DNA of 64,000 bases from NCBI GenBank assembly GCA_964187785.1, contig OZ076415.1:68262001-68326000 (forward strand). The letters run 5' to 3'. Below, piece after piece: positions 37,240-48,384 of this stretch (position 1 is its first letter; each line of letters begins with the position of its first letter). The notes under the pieces were generated by a model, which was given only the letters and a program-made list of their open reading frames with translations, searched no databases and was not told the origin of the DNA. The translations under genes and the position numbers were made by a program. The stretch comes from Amphiscolops sp. MND2022 (Eukaryota).

Positions 37240-38185
37240 ATCTTCGAAGGAATTGAATTCAAATAAACCTCTGGGTCCATCTGACATTCCACCCTTGGTC
37301 TTGAAAATTATGAGAACATCAATTCGAAACTACTACAGATTTTATAATTGCTTTCAAATTTGAAATTTCCTTCTGAAAGCATTTTAAAGAAAATCTTGTA
37401 ACACCAAAAATCGAGAAATCGAGAGTGGCGATAAAGAAGATCCATAAAATGTAGACGTTTATCGAGCACATCAGCTTTACGAAAAATCTTTCAAAAAGAA
37501 TTGAAAGAGCAAACTACTGAATATCTTATCAGAATATCTCATATGTCAATTTGTCCAGTCAATTGGGTTAAAGGAAGAAAATGTTTACATCTGATGCTCT
37601 AAATCTTCTTGCCGGAATATACGAGAATGAAAAGTAGCAGCTGCTTGCCTTGTTCTTTCAAAGGCGGATTCATGTTTTTTGAAAAACTTTGCACCACAAG
37701 TAGAGAAACTTAGTTTTGGCAATGTTTCATTCTCAGTGATATGAAATTTATAACATATCGGACCCAGAAAGATTGTCTTTAAACAGTTTGCTCAGATTGG
37801 ATAATTTTGTGTCAAGGTGTTCCAAACAGACATTGTAAAGGCCTGTTGTTCATTATTATCTCAACTCAATGCATTTGCTTGCATCTGAACCAATAAATAT
37901 TGTTCAATAGGCAGATGATACATTTTGAATCGTTGCCTTTGAAGGCATAGAAGTCAGAAACACTCAATTGGAAAGTGAAATCAGTAAATCAATTGAGCAA
38001 ACGTACTGACATTTTTTGAAAGTCATAATCTGAAAATAAAATCTACTACATCTGAACTTACCATTTTCTCCAAAACTCGAAAAATCAGGAAACAAAATGT
38101 GAACTAACTATTGCAATTGAGAAATCTAGACACATCAAAACAGTGAAATATCTGGGCATCCTGTGAGATGAAAATCTCACTAACA
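37240..38185 (+). pseudogene. Decayed non-LTR (LINE) reverse transcriptase fragment
   Basis: Ordered remnants NSNKPLGPSDIP, GDKEDP, CLVLSKADS, GVP, LLFII, Q*ADDT (about 37905) and VKYLGIL*DENL, with many stops and frameshifts. Confidence 0.8.
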
Positions 38186-39196
38186 AGCGGGAGTTATGAT
38201 TTTCTCACGAATTTTGCATGCAGCATAAAAACTTTAATTCCATTTCCAGCATATACAAGAAATGAAACTACTTTATATCTATTGGAATTACGAAAACGAA
38301 AGAGCAGAAAAAAAACTCACTCTAGGCCTACGTGTCAGTACTGACTTCGTAAAACACACGTTTCTCAACCGCACGTGTCTTGCGCTATACATTACGTCGT
38401 GACATAAGAAAACAAGGCTACTAAGAGAAACTGAAGATGGATCTGAAAAAAAAGGATCTGCAAAAGTACGCAGCAGAAGTGGATTATTCAGCAAAAGTAA
38501 CTAAAACATGTTGGCGTTAGTTCAGATTCAACTAATCGTACCCTTGATAACTGAATTACTTATTATTGTGCGTTGCGTTCTTTTACTTTTGGCAAACATC
38601 TTGTTTTAAAAGTTAAAAACTTCTCTTGGAAATGATTTTTAGTTTTCATTTTATGATGGGAATTTAGTTATTTCTAATGATAAAGAATCATAAATCACCT
38701 TGAATATCATTGACAGAAAGTTAACAAAATTATCTACTGACAACAGTGGAAGGTTTCAGCAACTGAGCGCTATTTCTCTCCAGTTTTGCCAAAACAGCTG
38801 GGTTTTTAGTCGGCTCTTGCTTAAAAAGAGCAGACAATTGTAGAGGGTTTTTTTGAAAAACCGACGAAGTGACAGACTTTATCACTTTCTCCCAGCTCTG
38901 TTCTTTTTGTAAAACATCATGTTTGTCCCCGTTTGGCGTCGTAATGATGCATACGAGCTTTCTTAGACCATGCATAGCATTTAACACGTACATATATTCG
39001 GATGTAACTTTTTGAAAGTTCGGATATTACGTTTGCATTTCTCATATAACGTTATCGATTCCGTCAAATATAAATCTTTAGGGTTAGGTTGTCAGTACTA
39101 TGAGATTTTTTTGATTGTTGAAAAATCTTTATTCAAGTGATACTAAACCCAACCCCGAGTTTACTTTTGTGTCTTCTTTTGGCTTTGTGAAACTAG

Positions 39197-40044
39197 TGTA
39201 ACGGCTGCTTGATCCCTTCTGTTGACCAAACGTTACGCCGCCCTGAATTCGGTGCACGGCACTGCGGATCGTTACCGAACACTGCTTGCTTCTTAGATTA
39301 AAAGGACTGTATCTTGACTTAGTAGGATCCAATGATCCCGAATTGCACTTCTTCCTTGTCTCTTAACACGTCCAACTCTCCACAAGTTGAGAGTAACTAA
39401 CTTAGTCGCCCTAAGTCTTTGGCGAAAAGTCGAAAAGAGGTGAAGAAATGAATTGAGAATATGTGTGCTCCTGAGACCCGATTTTAACACAGCTTTCCAA
39501 TCAATTTGTGCCTATCTAACAATGGTATACATATCGTTTTCAATTACTCGATAAATATGAGTCAAAATATGAAGTATAAATAAATGACATTTAAGTGAAT
39601 TATTAAAGTTATTGGCTATGTAAACAAACCATAGTGTGGGTATAGCATGTTAGTTAGGTGGGCTCTAAAGCGTGTTTACACAATGTAAATAACATAAATT
39701 TCAACAGAGTTGCATTCTAATGTGGTCATATAGGTAAATAACAAAGTTTACATTTTCGGCTCAATGACCTTGAATATCACACATGTGAGGGGTAAAGGGG
39801 GTTATAATGGGGTAATGACCTTGAAACTTAGCCGGTGTGTTCGTGTTAGGTGCTTGCATATGTGTAACAAGTTTCAAGGCTATATGACTAACAGTCTTCG
39901 AGAAAACCCATTGGGGGGTTAGAGATTTGTGATGATTGGATTTTCTTCAAATTTTCATTTAAGTTTTTTAGAGTTTAAGTTCTTGTTTCTCAACCAACGC
40001 GTTCTGAATCGAGTTTTTTTCCTTGCTGATGACTGGCGCCAACA
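39197..40044 (-). repeat. BEL/Pao 3' LTR (848 bp)
   Basis: TGTAACGGCTGC...GGCGCCAACA. Roughly 20 differences from the other LTR by eye. The pol ORF ends inside it. Confidence 0.97.
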
Positions 40045-43000
40045 TTGCCGGCCCTGTTTTTCTCCCGAAAAACACTTTCATAGAACAGGGGTGCCAGTTT
40101 CACTACTGGTCTTCCGAGTTTGCCATCTTTCGTCACCACTGTCGCAGATCTAACTCTGCCGTCGCTTCCTTCTTGTACTTCCAGCACTCTCGCCATCTTG
40201 TAGTTGGACCGTTTCACATTTTCATCCACGACCCAAACCAAATCATTCTTTTTCAGTGGTCTCACGTCATCTTTGTTCCATTTATTACGCACAGTCCATT
40301 CCGGCAGATATTTTTTAGTCCATCTAGTCCAGATCATATCTGAATAAGCGTGCGACACTCGAAATACTCGTCGCAAATCTGTGTAACATTGAGCAACTGG
40401 TAGGAATGGTGTGGCCAAATTAGCTCTTCCCAATAAGAAGTGGTTCGGTGTCAAAGCTTCCAGGTCATCCGGATCGTCACTAACACTAGTCAGTGGTCTA
40501 GCATTCAAAGTCTGTTCTACTAAACACATAGTTGTTATAAGGACGTCGTCTGTCAAGGATCGTCCATCCAATACAGCTATCATCGCTTTTTTACAACTTC
40601 GAACCAATCGTTCCCAGATTCCTCCAAAATGAGGGGCTCCTGGAGGGTTGAATTTCCATTTGATGTTCTTTTGAGCTAGCGACGTCTCAATGTCTGACTG
40701 ATTCCATGCATTTATACAATCTCTCATTTCTTTGGCTGCACCCACGAAGTTTGTCCCATTGTCGCTCAGAATTGTAGCAGGTTTACCTCTACGGGCAATA
40801 AACCGTGTGATAGCAGTTAAGCAGGTCTCTGCTTCCAAAGATTGAACGACTTCAATGTGTACTGCTCTGGTCTTACGCATAAACTTCACTTCAAAGGGAC
40901 CAAAATAGTCAACTCCAGTGTTGGTAAAGGGGAATACTCGTTCCTGCAATCTCTCTCGCTGTAAATCAGCCATAAATGATTGAGACACTCCAGCTCGTTG
41001 CTTTGTACATTTAACACATTTCGCTTTGATGTTCCTCAAAGCGTTTCGCAATCCAATAATCCAGTATTCTTGCCTCAGAACACTTCTGACGTATTCTGTG
41101 CCTTCATGAAAGTTCGTTCGATGAGCTTGATGACTACATAGTGCTTGGCTGACAACAAGATCGGATGTTTGACCTCATAACTTGATCTTGAATGCTGCAG
41201 TCGGCCATGTAGTCGCAGCAATCCATTTTCGTCCAGAAACGGCGATAACTTATTCAACTGATCTGAAGCCGACAACGACTGTCCTTTAGAGATCTTCTCG
41301 TAGGCATCATGAAAACTTTCTTTCTGACAACGTTTCAAAATTGCCAGCTTTGCCGCATTGAGTTCTTCAACGGTCAGAATTTCTCCAGAACTCTTCTTTC
41401 TTCCACCTTAAACAGTATGAAAACACTCGAATCATCCTCTTGAAAGACCTGAATCTTTCCCATTCGAATGCAGGTTCCAATACAGCTGCTTCCATGACTG
41501 GTTCAGGCTCTTCTCGAATGCTAAATTGCAACCTCTCAGGCGCCTTAGGCCAGGCGTCTTCTGTCTCGGTGAGCCACGCCGGCCCTGTGAGCCATTCACT
41601 TTCCTTTAGGGCTTCAACTGTCATTCCTCGAGTTCCAATGTCAGCAGGATTCATTTTTCCTTCAACATGCCGCCATTGATCGATAGTTGAATTTTCGAGG
41701 ATCTCTGCGACTCTGTTCGCTACAAAGACAGGTTGCTTGTTGTTGCTTGCGTGAAGCCATTGTAGGACCGTTGTTGAATCTGTCCAGTGTACGATTTGGT
41801 CTACTTCAATATCATGCTCTTCTGAAATGAGTTCACGCAGTCTTACTCCAAAGACTGCTGCCTGCATCTCCAACTTGGCCACTGTCATGTTCCAAATTGG
41901 AGCTACTCTACATTCTCCTATGACAAAGGTCACTTCGCCATTGTCTTGTTTTCTCAAATAAGCAACCATACACATTGCTTCCAATCAAGCGTCTGAGAAG
42001 ATATGTAGATCAACTTTGTTCACTCCAGACTCGAAGTATGTTCTTTTAAGTACCATTTGATTCACCTGAATCATCTCTGATGCCCATTTCTCGAATGCAT
42101 GTCGATTTTCTTCATTCAGTTCTTTATCCCACGACTGTCCGTTCTCCTTCCATATAGGTTTTAGTAGCAGTCGCATTCTGATAGTAAAAGGAGACACTAT
42201 TCCCAGAGGGTCGAACACAGCTGAAACGTGGGATATCACTGCTCTCTGCGTTATCTTCACCGGTATCTCCTTCTGCATGCCTCTGCAGACTTCCAGATTG
42301 TCTGCGTCAACGTTCCATTGCAGTCCCAAGATTGATGGAGAAGTCGGCTCAGCTTCAAAAATTTTACTAGAGGACGGTGACTTGTCTGCTTGGTCGATAG
42401 ATGTCATAGTCTGTTCGCAGTTGCTAATCCATTTTGTTAAGTGAAAGCCTTCCTTTGCCAACATAGCTCGCAACAGTTTGTAGATTTCAATAGCCTGCTC
42501 AGCGCTGGGAACAGACTTGACAAAGTCATCCATATAGAAGTTTCGCATTATCAGTTGAGTAATTTGTGAGAACTCGTGTGCGTTATCTTTGGCAACTTGT
42601 TGCAGAGCATAATTAGCGCAAGTTGGCGAACTTTTGGCTCCGAAGATATGTCTTCCATATTCATACACCTTAATGAGTTCATTTGGATTGTCTCTCCATA
42701 GAAATCTCAACACTTTACAATCTTCCAGCGGTACTTTCACTTGTAGGAACATCGCCTCAATGTCAGCAGTGATGGCGATCTTTTGTTCTCTAAACCTGAA
42801 GATTATTCCGATCAGATTCTGTAGTAGGTCCGGCCCTGTCAAGAGGTTATCGTTCAAGGAAATTCCACGGAATTTGGATACTGCGTTGCACACTCGCCTC
42901 ACTTTTCCTGGTTTGTTTGGGTTTTCTACTGGATGATGTGGAACATACCATTGTCTTTCCAATTTTGTAGCTTCTAATTCTTCTTGCTTCAGGATTCTGA

Positions 43001-44417
43001 CGAATCCCTTTTCAACATCTACTTTGATAGAGTCTTGGTAGAGTTTCTTCAACTCTGGTTTCTTTTCAAATCTATACTCCAACGATTTCATTTGGCTTAA
43101 TGCAGAAGAGTAATTGTTTGGCAAGAAGGAGTCATTTCTTTTCCAGAGAAATCCAACTTCGTATCTTTCACCATCAAACTTCGTGGTTTGTTCCAGCATC
43201 AGCAACGCTTTCTCGTCGTCCTTGGACCTTCCCGATACATCACAGCGGGATGCGTAGGATTCAATGTCCCACCAAGTTTTAATCTGTTCTGCCAGCACAT
43301 CATCTTCGGAAGCTGTTACGCAAGATGCAGTCATCTGCGCAGTCTTTTGTTGTGGAAGTGGTCCACAGAGAGTCCATCCAAGTTTCGTTTTCACTGCCCA
43401 AGGCTCACCATTCGTGCAGCTTTTATACTCTACAGGCCGATGTATATGGTAGCAATTTCGTCCCAATATCATTTTTACATCCTTGAGTTTCAATGTTTCT
43501 TCGCTTAGAACCGACAAATGGGGATAGGCAAGTTTGAGCTCCTGATAGTTGTAGACCTTTGTTCCGGCGTCTATGTTTGGATGAGTGTAAACTGTCATGT
43601 GGTGTGTGTCGCCCATTGCCTTGCCACGAATTCCCACAGTGAATCGTTCACATTTCACATCATTTGTCCCATGTATTCCAGCCACACTCAGGTCAGTTTC
43701 TTCCCCGTGAGCATTTAACTTGTTGGCTAATTCCTTGTCTATGAACGATAGACTTGCTCCAGAGTCACACAACGCCACGGTTGATTCTTGCTTTTTTCCA
43801 ATTTGGATGATGACAGGTATAACTGGCAGAATTCCACTGCTCTTTAATGAGCAAAATGCAGAGTTCGCCTCCGCCTTCTGTTGTGGGTCTTCCGTTCCGC
43901 TTCCTTTCTGCCGTTCATTTGTCTCGCGGTGTAGCAGTCGATGGTGCCGCCTGTTACAACCTTTGACTCCACACGCTTTGTATGTGCAGTCCTTCACTAC
44001 ATGTTTCCCAGCCAAACAACAAAAACAGAGTTTCAACTCCTTGACTTTCTCATATCGTGCTAGACAAGTCATCTTCAGAAACTTCTCGCATTTCCACAAA
44101 GGATGTTTACCATCTTTCAATGGACAATCATGACCAGTCTTCTTGTCGGCACTGTCGTCAGCAAAGGTTGAGAACGTAGAGTTCTTTGGCTTGTCTTTAC
44201 TTGCCCATTTCGATTTGTCGGTGTTGGGATTGCCTGTCATGAGAACATCTTCCTGCACCGCTGCTATCTCTTGCAACCATGCGCTGAACGCTTCCAGCCC
44301 CATATAGTAGTTGGCGTTTTGTCTCGTGTACGTCAACCATTTTGTTTTCATGTTCAATGGCAGTTTTCTAGTTGCACTATTGAGGACACCTTCTGACTGC
44401 AAATCGTACGCTTTCAC
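39990..44417 (-). pseudogene. BEL/Pao gag C-terminus and pol, broken by one stop, frameshifts and deletions
   Basis: Zn knuckles CFCCLAGKHVVKDC, protease ALCDSGAS, RT ADIEAMFLQV and YMDD, RNase H LHIFSDA*LEA, integrase GVDYFGPF, SDNGTNF, GGIWERLV. Confidence 0.96.
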
Positions 44418-44438
44418 TGGTGGAAAAGTGTAAATTCG

Positions 44439-46251
44439 TCATAGTTGTGCGTTAACTACAACTTGTGGTCTCCCAAAGGGCGCGACCAAGGTATTCCAAG
44501 CAATATCATACATGTCTCCAGTGTAGCCTAGTCCAGCTATTACTTCCTTTGCCTTTCCTGTGACCAGCGTTTTGAGGTGATTCATCTTCAGACTGGTGTC
44601 AATATTCGCAGCATGGACAGTCGAGAGGAACAACCCTGACCACTCGGGCCATTCCAATGGGTCACCTGAGAATTCTGCTAACTTCAGTTTCGGTAGACTG
44701 GCTGGTAGACTCATGTTTTCGATTCTTGTGTGTCCGAAATGACTATGTGGGGGTGCAGTGAGGCTTACGGGGGGTGCAACATGTGGCGGTACCGTATCAT
44801 TTCTCATCTTGTTGTTCGTTGTTGTTTGATTTGGAGGTAACATGGTTCCAAACTGAACATGTTGTGTTGCACCCCTTTAGCGTTACAGGAGCTACCTTCG
44901 GGACAAAGAGATTGCCCGAGTTGCCCACGTTTGCTACTGTTGACTGTGCCATCTTAGCAGCTGGTAGAAACAACTTCGTTGTATGTGGCAATGCACCAGA
45001 TTGTCGTTGAATAGGATTGCTGGCTAGTGCGATTCTGGATGTCTCATTTTCATTCTTCGTCAACTTGTCATCAACTTCGATTTGATCAAGCCAAGAAGGT
45101 ACCTTTTCAAACGGATCGCTTTGGATGGGTACTGGCGATACGCTCCGAAAACTTGTATTTGCTCGGCTACTTCCCGCTCGAGCTATTTCTATTTCCTTTT
45201 CAGAGATTCGTTTTGCCCTCTCTTTTTCTTCTTCGAGTTTAGCAATCTCTGATTCTTCCGCTAGTATCCTCATGTTCATCTCCTCTTGTTTCTTTCGGAT
45301 CTCTACTTCGCGTTTCTTGGCAGCTAGTTGTTCATCGATTTCTTCTTGTTTCTTCATTACTTCCATTTCGAGGAGCATCACTCGCTTTGTAGTAGTTGAC
45401 TTTGAACTAACTGATGTTCTTTTGCCCTTTGAATGTGCCTTGCTTGCACACTGATCTCTTTCTTCAGGTAGCGAATTCACCTCATTAACACAACGATTCT
45501 CAAACGAATAGATTCTATCGGTTACTTGTGCAATTTCCTCATTCGCATTCTTCTGAGGAGAAGTGTCACGGGACTTTAGTTGTTGCTCTTGCCAATTCAC
45601 CCTGGCACGGGCCGTTATTCCCTCCATACGATGCAACTCACTGTAGATTGAAGTATCTCCACTGTGTTTCAACAACTCATCCATCTCGGCCACAATTTCG
45701 TCTCTCCGTTTGAGGGTTTCTTCGTTTGTTTCCACCAATGCTTTGTAATCCTCTGAGTTGCAAAGAGTATCTCGATTTTTATTGATTTCATCTTCGTTTT
45801 TCTGAAGCATTTCATCACATTTCTCTTTGGAGTTTTGAAGTTGTAGGAACTCCTTCAACTGCCCTTCATTCTTTAGGCTCCTCATCATTGTGAGCATCTG
45901 ACTAATGTTTTTATGTCGTGTTTCCAAGGAATCTGATTCATTCCGATATCTGCAGAATCGGTCGCCTTTATTATCCGCCCATTCTGGCTGATACTTGACT
46001 TTCAAGAGTGCTGTGTTCGCACCGACGAGTCTCTTCCATCTAGGCAGTAGGTCTTGTCGGCTCGGTAGAAGGTCTGCGAGTTTTTCCTTCGTTACGTCTG
46101 CTTTGCGCAGCTCAGCATGTATTTCATCCAATTTTGCCTCGAAGCTTTGAATTGCTCTCATGTTGCTCTCCCATTGTGGTTTGTCGATAGAACTCTTCAA
46201 ATAGTTGTCAATTCTTTTGTAATCAATTCTCACAGATTCAGCCATTTTCAA
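44439..46251 (-). pseudogene. BEL/Pao gag N-terminal region (long coiled coil, then DUF1759-type domain), frameshifted
   Basis: 484-aa E/K-rich ORF 46251->44797, followed by LPKLKLAEFSGDPLEWPEW in ORF 44843->44439. Confidence 0.88.
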
Positions 46252-46500
46252 CTAGCCCAAAACCCCAGAGTACACTAGCTAACCACAGGAGTCCAAACTC
46301 TGCTGTGAATACAATTCCCAACAAGCCGATGAAGTAGCCCAAAAACCCCAGAGTACACAATAGCCCAAACTCCCAGAGTAGTACACTGTAAACCAAAGTT
46401 TCCAGTAAAAACACTTCGAATACAATCTTTCAGCGCCTGCAGAAGTAGCCCAAGCCCCAGAGTACACAATTCACCCAGGAGAGCCCAGATGAGACCACTT
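46250..46500. repeat. Degenerate direct repeats in the BEL 5' leader (AGCCCAAAACCCCAGAGTACAC, about 4 copies)
   Basis: Motif recurs at about 46254, 46336, 46363 and 46447. Confidence 0.7.
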
Positions 46501-46531
46501 TGCAGCACACACAGTTGTGTATAGATCACCA

Positions 46532-47371
46532 CCCTGGTTGAAAAAAAATGCGTTCCTTGCAAGGATCTTGCAAGATTTTCTTTCAAGGTCTTGCAAGATA
46601 ATGCATTTTTCTGCAAGACATCTTGCAAGAATTTTGCAAGGAAAAAAATTTCCTTGCAAGATTCTTTCAAGGAGAAAAATTTCGTGGAATGTTCTCGACA
46701 ATTTTTATTATTTTTTATATTCATTGTGTTTAACTTCAAGTTGACTACTGCATCGTGACTATTAGATTCTGCCACAGAACGGGGTTTGTTTACTAGAGGA
46801 TTCAACCACCAAAAAGATGCAAACTCTAGAAAATATCTCTAAAAGTGTGATCTTAGTGAAGTTATTTAAAAAGTAGTAGTACATTTCAGTGACGCAACAT
46901 TTAAAATACAGTTTCGGAGTATTCTGAAACTTTTTTCTAACCAATTGTGTTATGTACCAGTTAATGATTTGAAATTAGACTGTGCATAATATTTCGATTG
47001 AAATTACTTTTCAATTTGTTAAATTACCCTTCTGAAATAATAGTTATTAACGTGTTTGACATTATACTCAAATCACGACTACGTTAACATAATTTCTCAG
47101 TATGAAGTACATTGAACTCAAGAATCTTGCAAGGAAAGCATTTCCTTGCAAGATCTTTCAACGAAAAACATTTCCTGCAAGATCTTGCAAGGAAAAAATT
47201 ACCTTGCAAGATCTTGCAAGGAAAAAATTTCCTTACAAGATCTTGCAAGGAACAAATTTCCTTGCAAGATCTTGCAAGGAACAAATTTCCTTGCAAGATC
47301 TTACAAGTAATTGCATTTTTACAAGGATCTTGCAAGATCCTTGCAAGGAACGCATTTTTCCTCAACCAGGG
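46532..47371. mobile_element. 840-bp foldback MITE with CTTGCAAG-repeat arms, nested in the BEL leader
   Basis: TIR CCCTGGTTGA...AAAAATGCGTTCCTTGCAAGGATCTTGCAAGAT at both ends, flanked by CACCA (46527-46531 and 47372-47376). Confidence 0.9.
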
Positions 47372-47514
47372 CACCAGTCGTCGTTCACTGTACACGTTCG
47401 TTCCCTTGTTCGCACAGTGCTGTTCTGGCTGTGTAGCAATCAGATGATCATCCAGTTGTCCGCCCAATTGAATATGTGCGCCCCCAAGCGATGATGTCCG
47501 CCCAATCGATGATG

Positions 47515-47531
47515 TCCGGGTCGGCGGACCA
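47515..47531 (-). promoter_or_regulatory. Primer-binding site of the BEL element
   Basis: TGGTCCGCCGACCCGGA, 2 nt from the LTR end. The TGGTCC...CCGGA pattern suggests a tRNA-Tyr-type primer (inference). Confidence 0.8.
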
Positions 47532-47533
47532 AA

Positions 47534-48384
47534 TGTAACGGCTGCTTGATCCCTCCTGTTGACCAAACTTTACGCCGCCCTGAATTCGGTGCTCGGCACT
47601 GCGGATCGTTACCGAACACTGCTTGCTTCTTAGATTAAAAGGACTGTATCTTGACTTAGTAGGATCCAATGATCCCGAATTGCACTTCTTCCTTGTCTCT
47701 TAACACGTCCAACTCTCCTCAAGTTGAGAGTAACTAACTTAGTCGCCCTAAGTCTTTGGCGAAAAGTCGAAAAGAGGTGAAGAAATGAATTGAGAATATG
47801 TGTGCTCCTGAGACCCGATTTTAACACAGCTTTCCAATCAATTTGTGCCTATCTAACAATGGTATACATATCGTTTTCAATTACTCGATAAATATGAGTC
47901 AAAAGATGGAGTATAAATAAATGACATTTAAGTGAATTATTAAAGTTATTGGCTATGTAAACAAACCATAGTGTGGGTATAGCATGTTGGTTAGGTGGGC
48001 TCTAAAGCATGTTTACACAATGTAAATATCATAAATTTCAACAGAGTTGCATTCTAATGTGGTCATATAGGTAAATAACAAAGTTTACATTTTCGGCTCA
48101 ATGACCTTGAATATCACACATGTGAGGGGTAAAGGGGGTTATAATGGGGTAATGACCTTGAAACTTAGCCGGTGTGTTCGTGTTATGTGCTTGCATATGT
48201 GTAACAAGTTTCAAGGCTCTATGACTAACAGTCTTCGAGAAAACCCATTTGGGGGGGTTTAAAGATTTGTGATGATTGGATTTTCTTCAAATTTTCATCT
48301 AAGTTTTTCAGAGTTTAAATTCTTGTTTCTCAACCAACACGTTCTGAATCGAGTTTTTTTGCCTAAAAATGACTGGCGCCAACA
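47534..48384 (-). repeat. BEL/Pao 5' LTR (851 bp)
   Basis: Near-identical to 39197-40044. Confidence 0.97.

Larger units (their letters stand above)
39197..48384 (-). mobile_element. Full-length degenerate BEL/Pao LTR retrotransposon
   Basis: LTRs 39197-40044 and 47534-48384 (TG..CA), TSD ACTAG (39192-39196 and 48385-48389), PBS TGGTCCGCCGACCCGGA, domain order gag-PR-RT-RH-IN. Confidence 0.98.

Noticed and set aside
38730-38993. 87-aa minus ORF next to the BEL insertion
   Set aside because: No motif, start context or splice support.
39129-39490. ORFs repeated in both BEL LTRs (MDPTKSRY..., MLKSGLRS...)
   Set aside because: Short, motif-free, and duplicated only because the LTRs are.
40023-45713. 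Plus-strand ORFs within the BEL element
   Set aside because: Antisense shadows of gag-pol.
47084-47566. ORFs with LARS/CKILQ repeats (also 46275-46805)
   Set aside because: Translations of the CTTGCAAG arms of the MITE.
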